Assembly: GCF_018350175.1 (NCBI RefSeq)
Contig: NC_058368.1
Span: 235,788,001 to 235,852,000, forward strand
Length of the DNA: 64,000 nucleotides
From: Felis catus
Lineage: Eukaryota
Direction of reading: 5' to 3'
In this document: one piece after another, positions 12,168-24,742 of the stretch
Layout: each line of letters starts with the position of its first letter
Position numbering within the stretch: position 1 is the stretch's first letter
The notes under the pieces: model-generated
Seen by the model: the letters and a program-made list of their open reading frames with translations, nothing else
What the model was told of the DNA's origin: nothing
Databases searched by the model: none
Made by a program: the position numbers and the translations under genes

Positions 12168-12402
12168 GGGGCACCTGGGTGGCGCAGTCGGTTGAGCGTC
12201 CGACTTCAGCCAGGTCACGATCTCCCAGTCCGGGAGTTCGAGCCCCGCGTCAGGCTCTGGGCTAATGGCTCAGAGCCTGGAGCCTGTTTCCGATTCTGTG
12301 TCTCCCTCTCTCTCTGCCCCTCCCCCGTTCATGCCCTGTCTCTCTCTGTCCGAAAAATAAATAAAAACGTTGAAAAAAAAATTAAAAAAAAAAAAAAAAA
12401 AA
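12168..12402 (+). mobile_element. Young SINEC_Fc-type SINE
   Basis: Full head, long poly-A; perfect 15-bp TSD GAAAAAGACGTGTGC at 12153-12167 and 12403-12417. Confidence 0.97.
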
Positions 12403-15400
12403 GAAAAAGACGTGTGCATTTTCCCAAGCTCGAGGATCTTCGAACCGAGCACAGAAAGCCCATGGCTAGAGGCAGAAACACAGGCCACGCGCTCTTACGG
12501 CAACAGGCACTGGTTACACTTAGCAGTTTTCCTGTGACGACCCAAGGGGTCCTTAGCGACTGCCGCAGGTCAAGGACTACTGAGCAACGTGCAGTTCCAC
12601 AGCACTCAGCGCTGGTCTTTAGTTTCCTAACTTAAAACAGTCTGTGATAACGGGGCAGCAAAGCACTGCCTCTGCCTGAGAACTCACGAGGGTAGAGTGT
12701 GATGAACACATTTCACTCCAAAAAAAGTATATACGCATCCCTGATCCCACCCATAAAAGTGACGTGTGCCTGATAGGCAGGATCTGGCAGGATGTGGGTG
12801 TTCGTGTGCTGGAGTCTGTGATGGAGACGATCCTTTGCTTCCCTCTCGTGGCTGAATCTGGAACAGAGGCACCGAGACTCCTCATATGTGAGCTTCTGTG
12901 GGGATGGATTTGAGCCCCTGCCTCCCCCCACCCCACCGCATTCATTGTGGGTGGATCTTGATATTTACCCCCAAGGAGGTGTGGCCGCTGTCCTAGCGTG
13001 CTGGGGACGGGGCGGGGACTTCCCGGAGCTGGAGACTTCCAGGCCATTTGGTCTCACCGGTGACTCGGTGAGTTGCGTGGCTGACCGGTGGTTTGATGGC
13101 TCATGGCAAACAGGAGCCTGGGTGAGACCCGGAAGGGCAGTGGGGTGCACGGACTCGTGCGCTGTGCGTGGGACCCTCTGTGTGGACTCGGTCCCGCCTC
13201 CTCTGTCAGCATCTATGGATGTTGGCTATGGGTGGGGCTTTCCATTTGTTATTTTAGTTCATTTGGGGGGCACCCATGAGGGAGCACCGTCACTGGCCTT
13301 CGGCCCTGCCAGCTTCCAACATGGCGCCTCGAGCTCTACATTCTCGTGAGACTAGACGACACGTTTGCTCTTCGAAGGGAGCACATCACGTGGCTCCTCC
13401 GTGGGCGAAGTCCAGCTCTCCCCTCCCTGGGGAGCCGGGATTTCTCAGCGGGCTCGCCCTCTACCCGGGTTCATCCTGGCAGTGCGGCAGGGAGGACGGC
13501 CTCCTGAAGGAGCTGTCCCGTCCAGGTTACGCATCTAACGAGAGCAGGGCCGTGTCGCTCCATGTCACCTCATGTGGCCTTCCCCTGGCCACAACCTCCT
13601 GGCCCTGCCACCGCCTATGGCAGAGAGCACGGCAGCCCCGCACCCCTTCTTGGGTCTGCGAAATGAGATGGCTGGTGTGCGGGGGGCTGGCCTCCAGGTC
13701 AGTGGTTCCCGGTTCTGGAAGCTCTCCCGGGTGCCTTCTCCCCTCAGCCTCACCCTCACAGGACCACTACCCAGACCACCGCGTAGGTGGCTTAGAAACA
13801 GACATACAGACGAGAGAGGTGACTTCTTAGTGCCAGCTGAGTCCCGGACAGCTGGCCTTCGGACTGGGGAGAGTCTGCTTCCCCATACCTGGCTTTTCCT
13901 TTGAACAGAGTCCTCCCCACTCCCGGCCCTGCGGTTGGGCTGGGGCTGGCCACCCCTACCCGCCGGTCGTCGTGCCCGCCATGCGCTACACGGCTGTGGA
14001 AAGAGGCAGGGCCCGTCCACGGCCAGTCTACCAGTTTCAACTCTCGCACAAAAGCAGTTCACTTAATAAGGATGTTGAACAACGAGGCGGGTTAAGCTAC
14101 TTTCATGGGGATTTCAAATTCTCTGTCCAATTTCGGTGACACACCTGACCTATGTTTCACTCGCTGCCTGTCGCCTTCTGTTTGGAATAAGCGAGGGGCT
14201 GAAAATGTGAATCGAGGCTGGGGGTCAGGTCTCAGGAGAGGGGAGCTTGGAGACACAGGGCTTAGGTGTCCTGCGTCCACCCACCCGGCCGGGGGCCGAG
14301 TCCCCAAGGGGCGGGAACAAGGCAGGAAGGTCCGGTGGCCCTGCACGCTTGTGACCACGGGCTTGCAGGAGCCCCGGGGTAGGGGAAGGCTGGGCTGGCC
14401 ACGTCTTTGCAAAACAGAAGGGTGAGAGGAAGGCCACCGTGGGCTTCGTCGGCAGCCGGCCGGACCCCGCAGAAGACGGAGGCGCTCTGGCCGAACATTC
14501 TTCATCTCGATGCCATAACAACCCAAGGAGGGTTTGCCGGGGGCTTTAATAGCCCCCCGAACGGGGCAGGGCCGCAGAAGGGGGTTTGCTGGGCATTTCT
14601 TGTAAAGGACAGCAATAATTTCAAAGCTCCTTTTCCAAATAGAAACTTTTTGATTAAAAAAGAGAAAAGAGAACGCAAACATTTACAAACGTGAGGGTAA
14701 AGACTCAGAAAAATGTGCCCTTGCCCGCCTGTGAACTGCTGACCTCGGCAAACAGGTCAAGGCTGTGGGCAGTTGCCCGGGAGACCGGCCTCAAGAATCA
14801 GCCTCGTGGGCTCCTGACAGCGGGGTGCTCCCGCCTGCAGCCCCTCACCCTGCACGCTCACAGACTCCCCGAAATCAGGCACGAAAACAAAAAGGGCGAA
14901 AGGTTCTGGGTCAGTTAATAACAGCAAACAGCAGGCTTTGAGCGGGGGTGGGGGGCGGCCACACTATTTGCAGATGCCCCCGGCTCCCAGCAACAGCAAG
15001 CTGGGTCTCCAGCGCTCCCACCCGCGACCCGGACAAAATGCGGACACGTGATCCAAGGTCCTTTTCGCGGCAAGGAAGACAGTTGTGCAAGTCCAAGTTA
15101 CGAATGCACGCCCAGGCACAGATGAGCCCGTGGCTGCCTGCACGCGTGTCTGCAGATGACGCTTAGCGTGTAACGTGCGTGCGATGGGACACACACGGTC
15201 CCCGACGGTCAGTCTGGCAGATAACTGAAGTCCGCTTTGGCTTCAGGTGAGTGCACTGTAAAATCCTTCAAGCGAGAGGTCACAAGGTGGAAAAATAAGG
15301 AAAATAGAACATAAAATAAAGATCACGTCATTTAACGAAAAAGAGCAAAGGAACTAGAACATCCGGAGAGGCACACGTAGGCATTTTGATTATTTGCATT

Positions 15401-15403
15401 TTC

Positions 15404-15629
15404 TTTTTTTTTTTTTTAATTTTTTAACGTTTATTTATTTTTGGGACAGAGAGAGACAGAGCATGAACGGGGGAGGGGCAGAGAGAGAGGGAGACACAGA
15501 ATCCGAAACAGGCTCCAGACTCTGAGCTGTCAGCACAAAGCCCGATGCGGGGCTCGAACTCACGGACCTTGACGTTGTGACCTGAGCCGAAGTCAGATGC
15601 TTAACCGACCGAGCCACCCAGGCGCCCCC
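15404..15629 (-). mobile_element. CanSINE
   Basis: Perfect 16-bp TSD GATTATTTGCATTTTC at 15388-15403 and 15630-15645. Confidence 0.97.
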
Positions 15630-18480
15630 GATTATTTGCATTTTCATTGGCCAGTGCCTTTCGGGCTCTTGCCAGTTAGTTTCTCCTTCCCGGGACCTGC
15701 CAAGCCCACCTTAGTGTCTTAAGACTGGGAGTCATGCTTCCGGAACAGCAGGCACGTTCTGTGCCGTGGAGCCTCAGGACGTCCTCCAGCGTGAGCAAGG
15801 TCGGTGCCCACCGAGGGTGCCCCTGTGCCTCTGGCCGCGCCCCCCACCGGGTGACCCGCCCTGGGAGGCGCTTTGGTGCGTGGGAAGGGCACACACAGCT
15901 GTGGCCTCCGCAGACGTGGGCATCAGTGTGGCGCGAACGGATGGGGACCCCGGTCCGGCCCCTGGCACTCCGCCCCGAACGTCAGGGCCTCTGTGCTGAA
16001 ACGTGCGCTCAGTGCAGCCCTTGCTCGGGATGGTCACTCGACCCCGCGACCGCTCCCTGAGGGTCCGCTCGGGAGGGGGTGAGTCACAGAGGCTGCAGTG
16101 TCTTGTCACCAGGGCCTGGTAACAGAGCTGGCCTCTGGCTGTGACTCGTGCCCCGACCTTGGCCAGCCCGCTGTCCGTGCCGCGGTGGGAGCTGCTCTGT
16201 GGTTTGGGCAGACTTGCTAGACGCCTCAGCATCCTGCACCCCCTCGCCCCCCACGTCTGAAAACAGAGCGGCGCTTTTTCTGCACAGAGACCCTTGTGGC
16301 AACATCCAGACAACGGCCGGGGGGTGGGGGGGTGACGTGCATCCGTGCAGCCGTGTGGTCTGTCTGAGCGGGCACCCGAGATCTCCCCATCCTTTGAGGC
16401 TCAAAACCCCCACTTGCTGGCGTCTGCAGAAGCTGTCACTGCATCCAGAAGCTTCTTCATTTTACACCTTTGCGTCTGCCCGGAGACCAGGCTTGGGGTA
16501 ACCTTGTGGGGAGGGGGGGGTCCTGGAGCCTAGAGGGTGAGGAGGAGACAGAGCGGATCTCTGGGCCCAGGGTCGGGGTGGGGTAGAGACCGGGTGTTTG
16601 AGGATCTGGGGTCCCGGCAACCTAACAGCTCATGGGGAGCTCGTGAGGGTGGGGCTGTGACCTGCCTGCCTCCCCGAAACCCTGGTCCCCGTCCTGCTAG
16701 AACACAAAACTCTGTGTCACGCTGCCCACGCTGAGCCAGCGCCTTCACGGGGAGGAGGCCGGCCCTGGGGCTGCGCGTGAGGGTGCAGAGCCGGTGTGAG
16801 TTGGGGGTCGCCCCTGGGGTCTCCGGTCTCCAGCAGCAGGTCCTTTTAACAGCATGAGGCGTGCGGGCTTAGCGCCGGGGCCCGGGCCCTGAACCCCCCA
16901 GCCCCCGTCACCGGCTTGGGGCTGTCACCCAAGCTCATCGACCTCCCCCAGAACTGGAGGGGGCAAGCGGCACCTGGGCTTGGGGCCAATCATCTTTCTG
17001 CTTCGACGTGACAGGAAGTAGAAGTTGGGAAAACATCATCAGCACACTCCGTTCAAGTTCGCTGTCCTCACAGAGAGTGATCACGGCGGCCGCTCGGGGG
17101 ACACCTTGCGTGCTAACACACGGGGCATTGTAGCTGGAGACATACACACACACCCCCCACGTCTGTGGTGCACCCCGAGTTGAAAGCGGCACACGCCGGA
17201 TGCACTGAGTGACAACGGTGGAGGCTGGACGCCCCATCCGAGCGGACAGGCACGCTGATCCAGCGCAAAGATCCCAAAGGGACAGCTACAGACAATGGTC
17301 CCAGGCTTAGGTCATCCTTCCATGGAGAAGTGGGGTCCATTTCCCTCCCCTTCCCCGTGGGCTGAGCTTCTGTCCCCTCCACCAACAGGGCGTGACAGGG
17401 CTTCCGAGGTGAGATCTTTAGAGGGACACGGCTCCTTTGAAGACTGTGTCAGGACCTCAGAGAAGTCAGGTCACCGGGAGGGGCCAGCCCCTGCACCTGC
17501 CGTGGAGGAGAGGGAGGGTGCAGTGGACTCCCGCCATTCAGTCCTCCTGGCTGAGCCCCCAGACTCGTCTCTGATGAGGGACCAGAGAGCAGCCGGCCCT
17601 CGGTGCCCTCTCGGAGTTCCTGGCCCGTGGGATCCGGGAGCATCACGACGTGGTTTTGGTTTAATGCCAACAAACGTGAGGAAGTTTGTTACCCGGTAAT
17701 AGACACTCGGAAGAGGACCCAAGCCAAACAGCACCGTATGACACGGCCAGTGCCTGGATGTCACACTGCATGTGGCAGAGACGTCATACGTGTGGACTGG
17801 GTTCTAGGCTGCCGGGCGCCCTGAGCTAGTAATCCTCTCGGATTCTTGCAGACACAGAGGGAACGTCAAGGCAGAAGGAGATGATGTGACCTTTAAAATC
17901 TCGCTAAAGCTATGTTCACAGCCCTGCCTTTCGAATTTCAGCTAAAAGAGGCCACGCTGACAGGACAGGAGGAGGATTGGTGGCATTACTTGGAAGATTT
18001 GCCTTGGGGACCTCCAACCAAGTGCCCAGCACTGATCCCAGAGAGGACACACGTGCTCAGGAGGGACCCCACCACCTGCTTCCGTCTCCCATGGCATCTG
18101 GAGAACAGAGCCACGGGGGCCCCCAGTGACAGTGACGTGGTTTACGGAGACCACGCTGTCTGACGTCTGGGTGAGGACCTTCTGGTGGCAGCATCCCAGA
18201 CCCCTGGGCTCGGACAGGGGTGAACACCAAGCTAATAGGAGTACTTACTTCACTAAACAAAACTTAAGTAGTGTTCACTCTTTGGGTTCGAGTGGTCACT
18301 AATTTGTCACCGTGGTCCTGTTAGGAGAGGTGTCCTTGATCCACAAATAGCCCCTGAGTGTGTGGATTTGCACACCAGGGACTCAGGCGAGGCCAACACT
18401 TTGCCGAGTTAACTCATGTGGAAGGAGTGGTAAGCTGAAATGTGACTTTGCTTTTCCATAGAACTAAGAAGTCTGTAATT

Positions 18481-18690
18481 AAAAAAAAATTAATATTTAT
18501 TTATTTTTGAGAGAGAGAGACAGAGTTCGAGCAGGGGAGGGGCAGAGAGAGGGGGACACAGAATCCGGAGCGGGTTCCAGGCTCTGAGCCGTCAGCACAG
18601 AGCCCGACGCGGGGCTGGAATCCACAAACCGCAAGATCATGACCTGAGCCGAAGTCGGGTGCTCAACCGACTGAGCCACCCAGGCGCTCC
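18481..18690 (-). mobile_element. CanSINE
   Basis: Head, body and tail; TSD AAGTCT(G/A)TAATT on both sides. Confidence 0.95.
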
Positions 18691-20209
18691 AAGTCTATAA
18701 TTTTTAAGTTTGCATTTGTTAATTGTTCTTCTCACTGTGACACGATCATGATCATTTTTAGCCACGCTCACCATCTGCCAATGGAGACTGGCTATAGAGC
18801 CAAGAAACGTCACCCCCAAGACTCGGGGCGTGCTGCCCCAAGGCCAATTCAGGGTTAGGACTGAAGCTCGCTGGGTGCTGAGCGAGACCCCTCTTTCCTT
18901 CGTCCACGCTGCTCACCTAGTGATCCGGAGACAAATACGGCCTTCCCCCACGTCCCACACGAGCCCGGATACAGAGCCTGCTCTTTGCTGCTGCTCTGCG
19001 AGAACCTTTCTCCCCACTTTTGTCCGTTCACGCTGACGTTCAATTTCAGGGGCACCCTCTGGGTCGAGTGACCGGGTTCACCTTGAGGCGACTCCTGCTG
19101 GCCCGCTCCCTTTCGGAATGGTGCACCGTGGAGCTGGGGACCCTTTAAAACTCCAGCGGGCTTGAGCCAAATTTTGAGCTCACTCTGATATATTACGTAT
19201 TGATGACAACAGCACTCCCCGGAAGGGCAGGGCGGGACTTAACATCCTGGGACCACCGTCACGGCCGGAGGAGAAGTGTTCGCAGCCCCACACCCTGTCC
19301 TTCCACTCGTTCCCTCCTCCACGGGGCACACCTTCCCACGCTGGGAGATGCTCACGCGCTTTGTGGCCCAGCGAAGCGCGTCCGTGTGCAGGTACGGAGC
19401 GTTGGTGGCCACGACCCTGCATCTGTCCCGGATTCCTCGGACAGGCGTGGTGCGACGTGTGGGGGACCGCAGCACGGAGGCCGCCCTAGAACCTGTCCGC
19501 ATGCTGGACGACGTGACGAAGGCCGGTCCCGGTGGAACCTCCGGGGAGTGTCTGCTCAGGCTCTTTGGGGCTGTGCTTTGGGGGATGAGCAAGGCTGGGG
19601 CCGTTCAGGGAGCTCTCGAGACGGTGTGTCACGGGACTCGGCGGGTGTTGTTCTGAGACGTCCGGCCACGGGCCGCGCAGCCTACCTCCCCGTGTTCTAG
19701 GACGTGCCGTGGGGAGGGGCACGGGAGGAGAAGGGAGGGCGCCGGAGATTCAAAGGAGGGCGCAGGTTTTTGGTGAGATGGTGGCTAGAAACAGGACAGG
19801 AAGCCAAGAGGTGGAAACTGTGAGAAAGCCTGGTTCCTTCTGGCCCGGGCCGACGGTGGTCACCTGGGTGAGTATGCACGTGCGTGTGCCCAAGTGTGGG
19901 TGGGCGTGACTGCACAAGTGTGTCAATGCCTTGTGTGAGCGTGCGTGGGTGTGGCTGTGGGAGCCGCGTGAACCGGTGCGTGTAAGTGTGTGCGTCCGGG
20001 AAGGAGTCTTTCAAGTCCGGGCTGTGCCCACCGCCCAGGTGTCCCCAGGACAGGTCTGGTTGGAATCCCGGGGAACCAGAAATAAAGTCAGTGCCAACCC
20101 AGCCCCTGCAGGCTGGTTTAATTTCATGCTTCGTCCCACTGCGTTGAGGAGGCTGCTGTCTCGCACCATCGGGCCACCGTGGCGGCCAGGGCACACGAGA
20201 GCCCGTGGT

Positions 20210-20362
20210 CACAGGATGGCCTTGGAAGGCCCCCCAGTCGGGGCTTGTAGTGACTGCAGTGTGGGAGGCGCCTGAGTCACGGGGGGCCCGGCTCCGTCGT
20301 GTTACCGTTTTAACTGCTCAGTTTTCAGGTAACGTGTTATACAAGAGTGGATGACTAACACA
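20210..20362 (+). mobile_element. MaLR (MLT1-type) LTR 3' end
   Basis: GTTTTAACTGCTCAGTTTTCAGGTAACGTGTTATACAAGAGTGGATGACTAACACA resembles the MLT1 terminus; 5' boundary uncertain. Confidence 0.55.
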
Positions 20363-20755
20363 TTTCCTCAACTAAAGAGTGTTCTTAAAGTGATTTAGAG
20401 GTATCTGAGTCCTCTTAATAAAAAAAAACTTGCTTACAGCAAAAAAAAAAAAAAAAAATAGTGCCATTAAAGTCACAACTAATTTTTAACGATTTAATAA
20501 ATAATAACAAAAATGAAGCTGTTTTAGACAAATACCAAACAGTACATACTTAGAGAATATAGAATATTTTCTTAACTGAAAATCTATCATTTACAAAAAT
20601 TGATCAAGTGTTAGTAGGTAAGGAAAGCATAAATATATTCCATAAGTTATAAGTAGCATGGGCAATACTTGTTGATCACAATGGCATAACATTACAGGGT
20701 AAAAATTACCACCCCTCCAAAAAAGTTTATTTTCCCTGAAAATTAAATGAATTTT

Positions 20756-20963
20756 GGGACACCTGGGTGACTCAGTCGGTTAAACATCTGACTCTTCATC
20801 ATGGCTCAGGTCATGATCTCATGGTTCGTGGGATCAATCCCTGCATCAGGCTCTGCACTGACGGCACAGAGCCTGCTTGGGATTCTCTCTCTCCTTCTCT
20901 CTGCCCCTCCCCTGCTTTTTTTTTTCTCTCTCTCTCTCAAAATAAATAAATAAACTTAAAAAA
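20756..20963 (+). mobile_element. CanSINE
   Basis: GGGACACCTGGGTGACTCAGTCGGTTAAAC head, CT tract, AATAAA tail. Confidence 0.93.
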
Positions 20964-21429
20964 TAAGATAACTTCAATTTCATAATTCTTGGTTGAGAGG
21001 CCAAACACACAGACATATCAGAATTCCTGAAAACTAATAATAAAACATGCATTTCAAACTCTATGGAATACTTTCAAAACAGTGATAGAAATTCATGGCA
21101 TTATGTCTCTATATTAATAGGAAAGGAAAGAATAAAGTAACTGAGTGAAATCTCCAAAGCGGAAAACTGAAAAAAAAATTATAAGGTAAAACACAAGAAT
21201 GCACAGGGAGAAAATAGCAAAGGTAAAATCAGGAATTAATAATGTAGAGATGTGTCAAATAGTAAAGTAGTAGATAAGATTAACAAATCAAATGTATGAT
21301 TCTTAAATAACAAAGTTGACAAGACACCAGCTAGAATAATTAGGAAAAATAGGAGGAGCCCCAAATGTTCAAAATAAGAAAGGACAAAAGGGAGAATGAC
21401 ATGGAACAAATTAAAAATTGTAAGCCACT

Positions 21430-21558
21430 GGGGCGCCTGGGTGGTGCGGTTGGTCTGACTTCGGCTCACGTCGTGACCTCGCAGTTTGTAAGATCGAGCT
21501 GACAGCACGGAGCCTCCTTGCCTGCTTGGGATTCTCTCTCCCTCTCTTCTTGCCCCAG

Positions 21559-21597
<39 letters not shown>

Positions 21598-21640
21598 TTC
21601 AAAATAAATAAATAAATAAACTTTTAACAAAGTTTAAAAG
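21430..21640 (+). mobile_element. CanSINE with internal deletions
   Basis: GGGGCGCCTGGGTGG head, (CT)n, (AAAT)n tail. Confidence 0.9.
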
Positions 21641-22566
21641 AAAACCATAACACACTACTTTTCACACATTAGGCAATCCCACTAAAAGCTAGGTTAAATG
21701 GACAATTTCTTAGGAAAATACAGTTGACCTAATTTGACCTCACTAGCGATGGAGAGCTTACAGTGGTTGATTTCCACAGGAGAAATAGAGGACGCCTGCA
21801 TGAAATGGTCTTGGGAAGCCCCCAGACCCCGGTAATCTCAAGCAGGAAGTACCCACACCTTAGAGACTGGGGGCCCCGTGATCATACCTTGTTTTAGAGC
21901 ACAACAACCAGGGAAACCTCCGATTATTTTTATCAAGCAAGGAGGACACTAAAACCTACACCTGAGAAAGAAAGAAAGTATGCAGACACCCACGTGCACA
22001 GGGGCACACAGGCACACACACACATGTAAACCGCAGGCTCACAACCCTTATGGATTCAGAAGTAAAAATCCTAAGTAAAACGGTAAAAGGAAGCCAACAT
22101 CACAGTAAGAAAATGTCGCATTTCACAGATAAGTTTCCTCGTCGTAGACCTGGAGCAGGATAAGACTCTGGCGCCTACTTCCCAAGTCGGTGGAGGACAA
22201 GGCTGTGCCTCCCCTTGCGTTTAGCCCCACGGGCCTGAAAGCAGGGAACCTCGGTCTTGCAGAAGGACAGGAGGACCCACCAGCCGGGACTGCTGCATGT
22301 TGAGGCTGGGTGTTCTGGTTACTCCCCCAAAGTCCAGCGGGTGCTGTCCCCGGGTGCTGTCCCCCACCGCTGGGGATCGCACGGGTACCTAAGTGAGTTT
22401 CGATACTGAGATGAGACTCAGAACCTGTGGGTTCTAATTCCCGGCTCAAATCAGAATGTCCCCACCTGCATCTAGGCTAGTGCATCACCTGATGTGTGAA
22501 CAGGTGGAGGCGTCCTCTCCACAGTCAGAAGCAAGCTGGGTTTACAACAATTAGAAGACCGTCGTG

Positions 22567-24001
22567 CACCAACAAGGAAGCGACAGAAAGAGAAATCAAG
22601 GAATCGACCCCGTTTAGAGTTGCACCAAAAACCATAAAATACCTAGGAATAAATCTAACCAAAGAGGTGAAAAATCTATACGTTGAAAACTATAGAAAGC
22701 TTATGAAAGAAATTGAAGAAGGCACCAAAAAATGGAAAAAGATTCCATGTTCCTGGATAGGAAGAACAAATATTGTTAAAATGTTGATACTACCCAAAGC
22801 AATCTACATATTCAATGCAATCCCTATCAAAATAATACCAGCATTCTTCACAGAGCTAGAACAAATAATCCTAAAATTTGTATGGAACCAGAAAAGACCC
22901 CGAATAGCCACAGCGATCTTGAAAAAGAAAACCAAAGCAGGAGGCATCACAATCCCAGACCTCAAGCTGTACTACAAAGCTATAACCATCAAGACAGTAT
23001 GGTACTGGCACAAAACCAGAGACTCAGATCAATGGAACAGAATAGAGAACCCAGAGATGGACCCACACACGTATGGCCAACTCATCTTTGACAAGGCAGG
23101 AAAGAATACCCAATGGAATAAAAACAGTCTCTTCAGCAAGTGGTGCTGGGAAAACTGGACAGTGACATGCAGAAGAATGAACCTGGACCACTTTCTCACA
23201 CCATCCACAAAAAGAAACTCAAACTGGATGAAAGACCTCAATGTAAGACAGGAAGCCATCAAAATCCTTGAGGATAAAGCAGGAAAAAACCTCTTTGATC
23301 TTGGCCGCAGCAACTTCTCACCCAACACGTCTCTGGAGGCAAGGGAAACAAAGGCAAAAATGAACTACTGGGACCTTATCAAAATAAAAAGCACAGTGAA
23401 GGAAACAATCAGCAAAACCAAAAGGCAACCGATGGAATGGGAGAAGATATTTGCAAACGACATATCAGATCAAGGGTTAGTATCCAAAATCTACAAAGAA
23501 CTTATCAAACTCAACACCCGAAAAACAGTGAAGTGAAGTGAAGAAATGGGCAAAAGACATGAATAGACACTTCTCCAAAGAAGACATTCAGATGGCCAAC
23601 CGACACATGAAAAACTGCTCAACATCCCTCATCATCAGGGAAATACAAATCAAAACCACAATGAGATACCACCTTACACCTGTCAGAACGGCTAACACTA
23701 ACAACTCAGGCAACAACAGATGTTGGCGAGGATGAGGAGAGAGAGGATCTCTTTTGCATTGTTGGTGGGAATGCAAGCTGGTGCAACCACTCTGGAAAAC
23801 AGTATGGAGGTTCCTCAAAAAACTAAAAATAGAACTACCTTATGACCCAGCAATTGCACTACTAGGCATTTACCCACGGGATACAGGTGTGCTGTTTCGA
23901 AGGGACACGTGCACCCCCCTGTTTATAGCAGCACTATCCACAATAGCCAAAGTATGGAAAGAGCCCAAATGTCCCTCAATGGATGAACGGATAAAGATGT
24001 G

Positions 24002-24039
<38 letters not shown>

Positions 24040-24173
24040 TGGAGTATTACTTGGCAATCAAAAAGAATGAAATCTTGCCATTTGCAGCTACGTGGATGGA
24101 ACTGGAGGGTATTATGCTAAGTGAAATTAGTCAGTCAGAGAAAGACAAAAATCATATGACTTCACTCATATGA
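22567..24173 (+). pseudogene. Disabled L1 ORF2 (post-RT and C-terminal cysteine-rich region)
   Basis: Three consecutive ORF pieces: frameshift near 23530, premature TGA at 23733-23735, in-frame (CA)n expansion at 24004-24037; endonuclease domain and RT core absent. Confidence 0.9.
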
Positions 24174-24414
24174 GGACTTTAAGACACAAAATAAATGAAC
24201 ATAAGGGAATGGAAACAAAAATAATATAAAAACAGGGAGGGGGACAAAACAGAAGAGACTCATAAATATGGAGAACAAACTGAGGGTTACTAGAAGGGGT
24301 GTGGGAGGGGGGATGGGCTACGTGGGGGAGGGGCATTAAGGAATCTCCTCCTGAAGTCATTGTTGCACTATATGCTAACTAATTTGGATGTAAATTTAAA
24401 AAAATTAAAAAAAA
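22567..24414 (+). mobile_element. 5'-truncated carnivore LINE-1 (ORF2 C-terminal region, 3'UTR, poly-A)
   Basis: ORF-track peptides ([34 protein letters not shown]) are L1 ORF2; G-rich 3'UTR; A-tail; imperfect TSD AGAAGACCGTCGTG 22553-22566 / AGAAGACCATTATG 24415-24428. Confidence 0.97.
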
Positions 24415-24742
24415 AGAAGACCATTATGGTTGTTCCTTAGTGACCCGCGGCATCTGACTCAGACAAGTGACACGGAAGCGGATTTACCCCAGAAAATCGC
24501 GACCCTGGGATGGCAGTCAACCTTGCCTTCATCTTCCTGAGTCCAGAGCGATGGGGCAGGACCAGGGCTAGGGTATCAGGCCCGTGGTGAGGCCCCAGGT
24601 GCTGTGGCAGGTGCTGGGGAAGTCCCCTGGTGCCTTGTCCCTTTGTCTGCAGTCTCTCACCGTCCTGACCTGTCTTCCTCTGCTCCGCTGCCCCTGGTTG
24701 GCTCTCTCTAGTGTGTCCTCCACCATTGCTGCCTTTCGCAAC

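Larger units (their letters stand above)
20400..22120 (+). mobile_element. Old degenerate L1 (L1M) ORF2 fragments, interrupted by two SINEs
   Basis: A-rich strand with L1 motifs such as AAAGTTGACAAGACACCAGCTAGAATAATTAGGAAAAA and AAATGGACAATTTCTTAGGAAAATACA; no open frame. Confidence 0.7.

Noticed and set aside
12027..12635. Recurrent peptide family (GAPGWRSRLSVRLQPGHDL... / AQSVERPTSAQV...) across the window
   Set aside because: These are translations of CanSINE copies, not a gene family.
8851..20275. Many overlapping 100-200-aa ORFs
   Set aside because: They are expected from stop-codon scarcity in GC-rich DNA: Pro/Arg/Gly-rich, on both strands, with no recognisable domain.
22496..23536. 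346-aa ORF as a functional gene
   Set aside because: It is a 5'-truncated L1 ORF2 fragment. The start lies in flanking DNA and it is followed by a frameshift and a stop.
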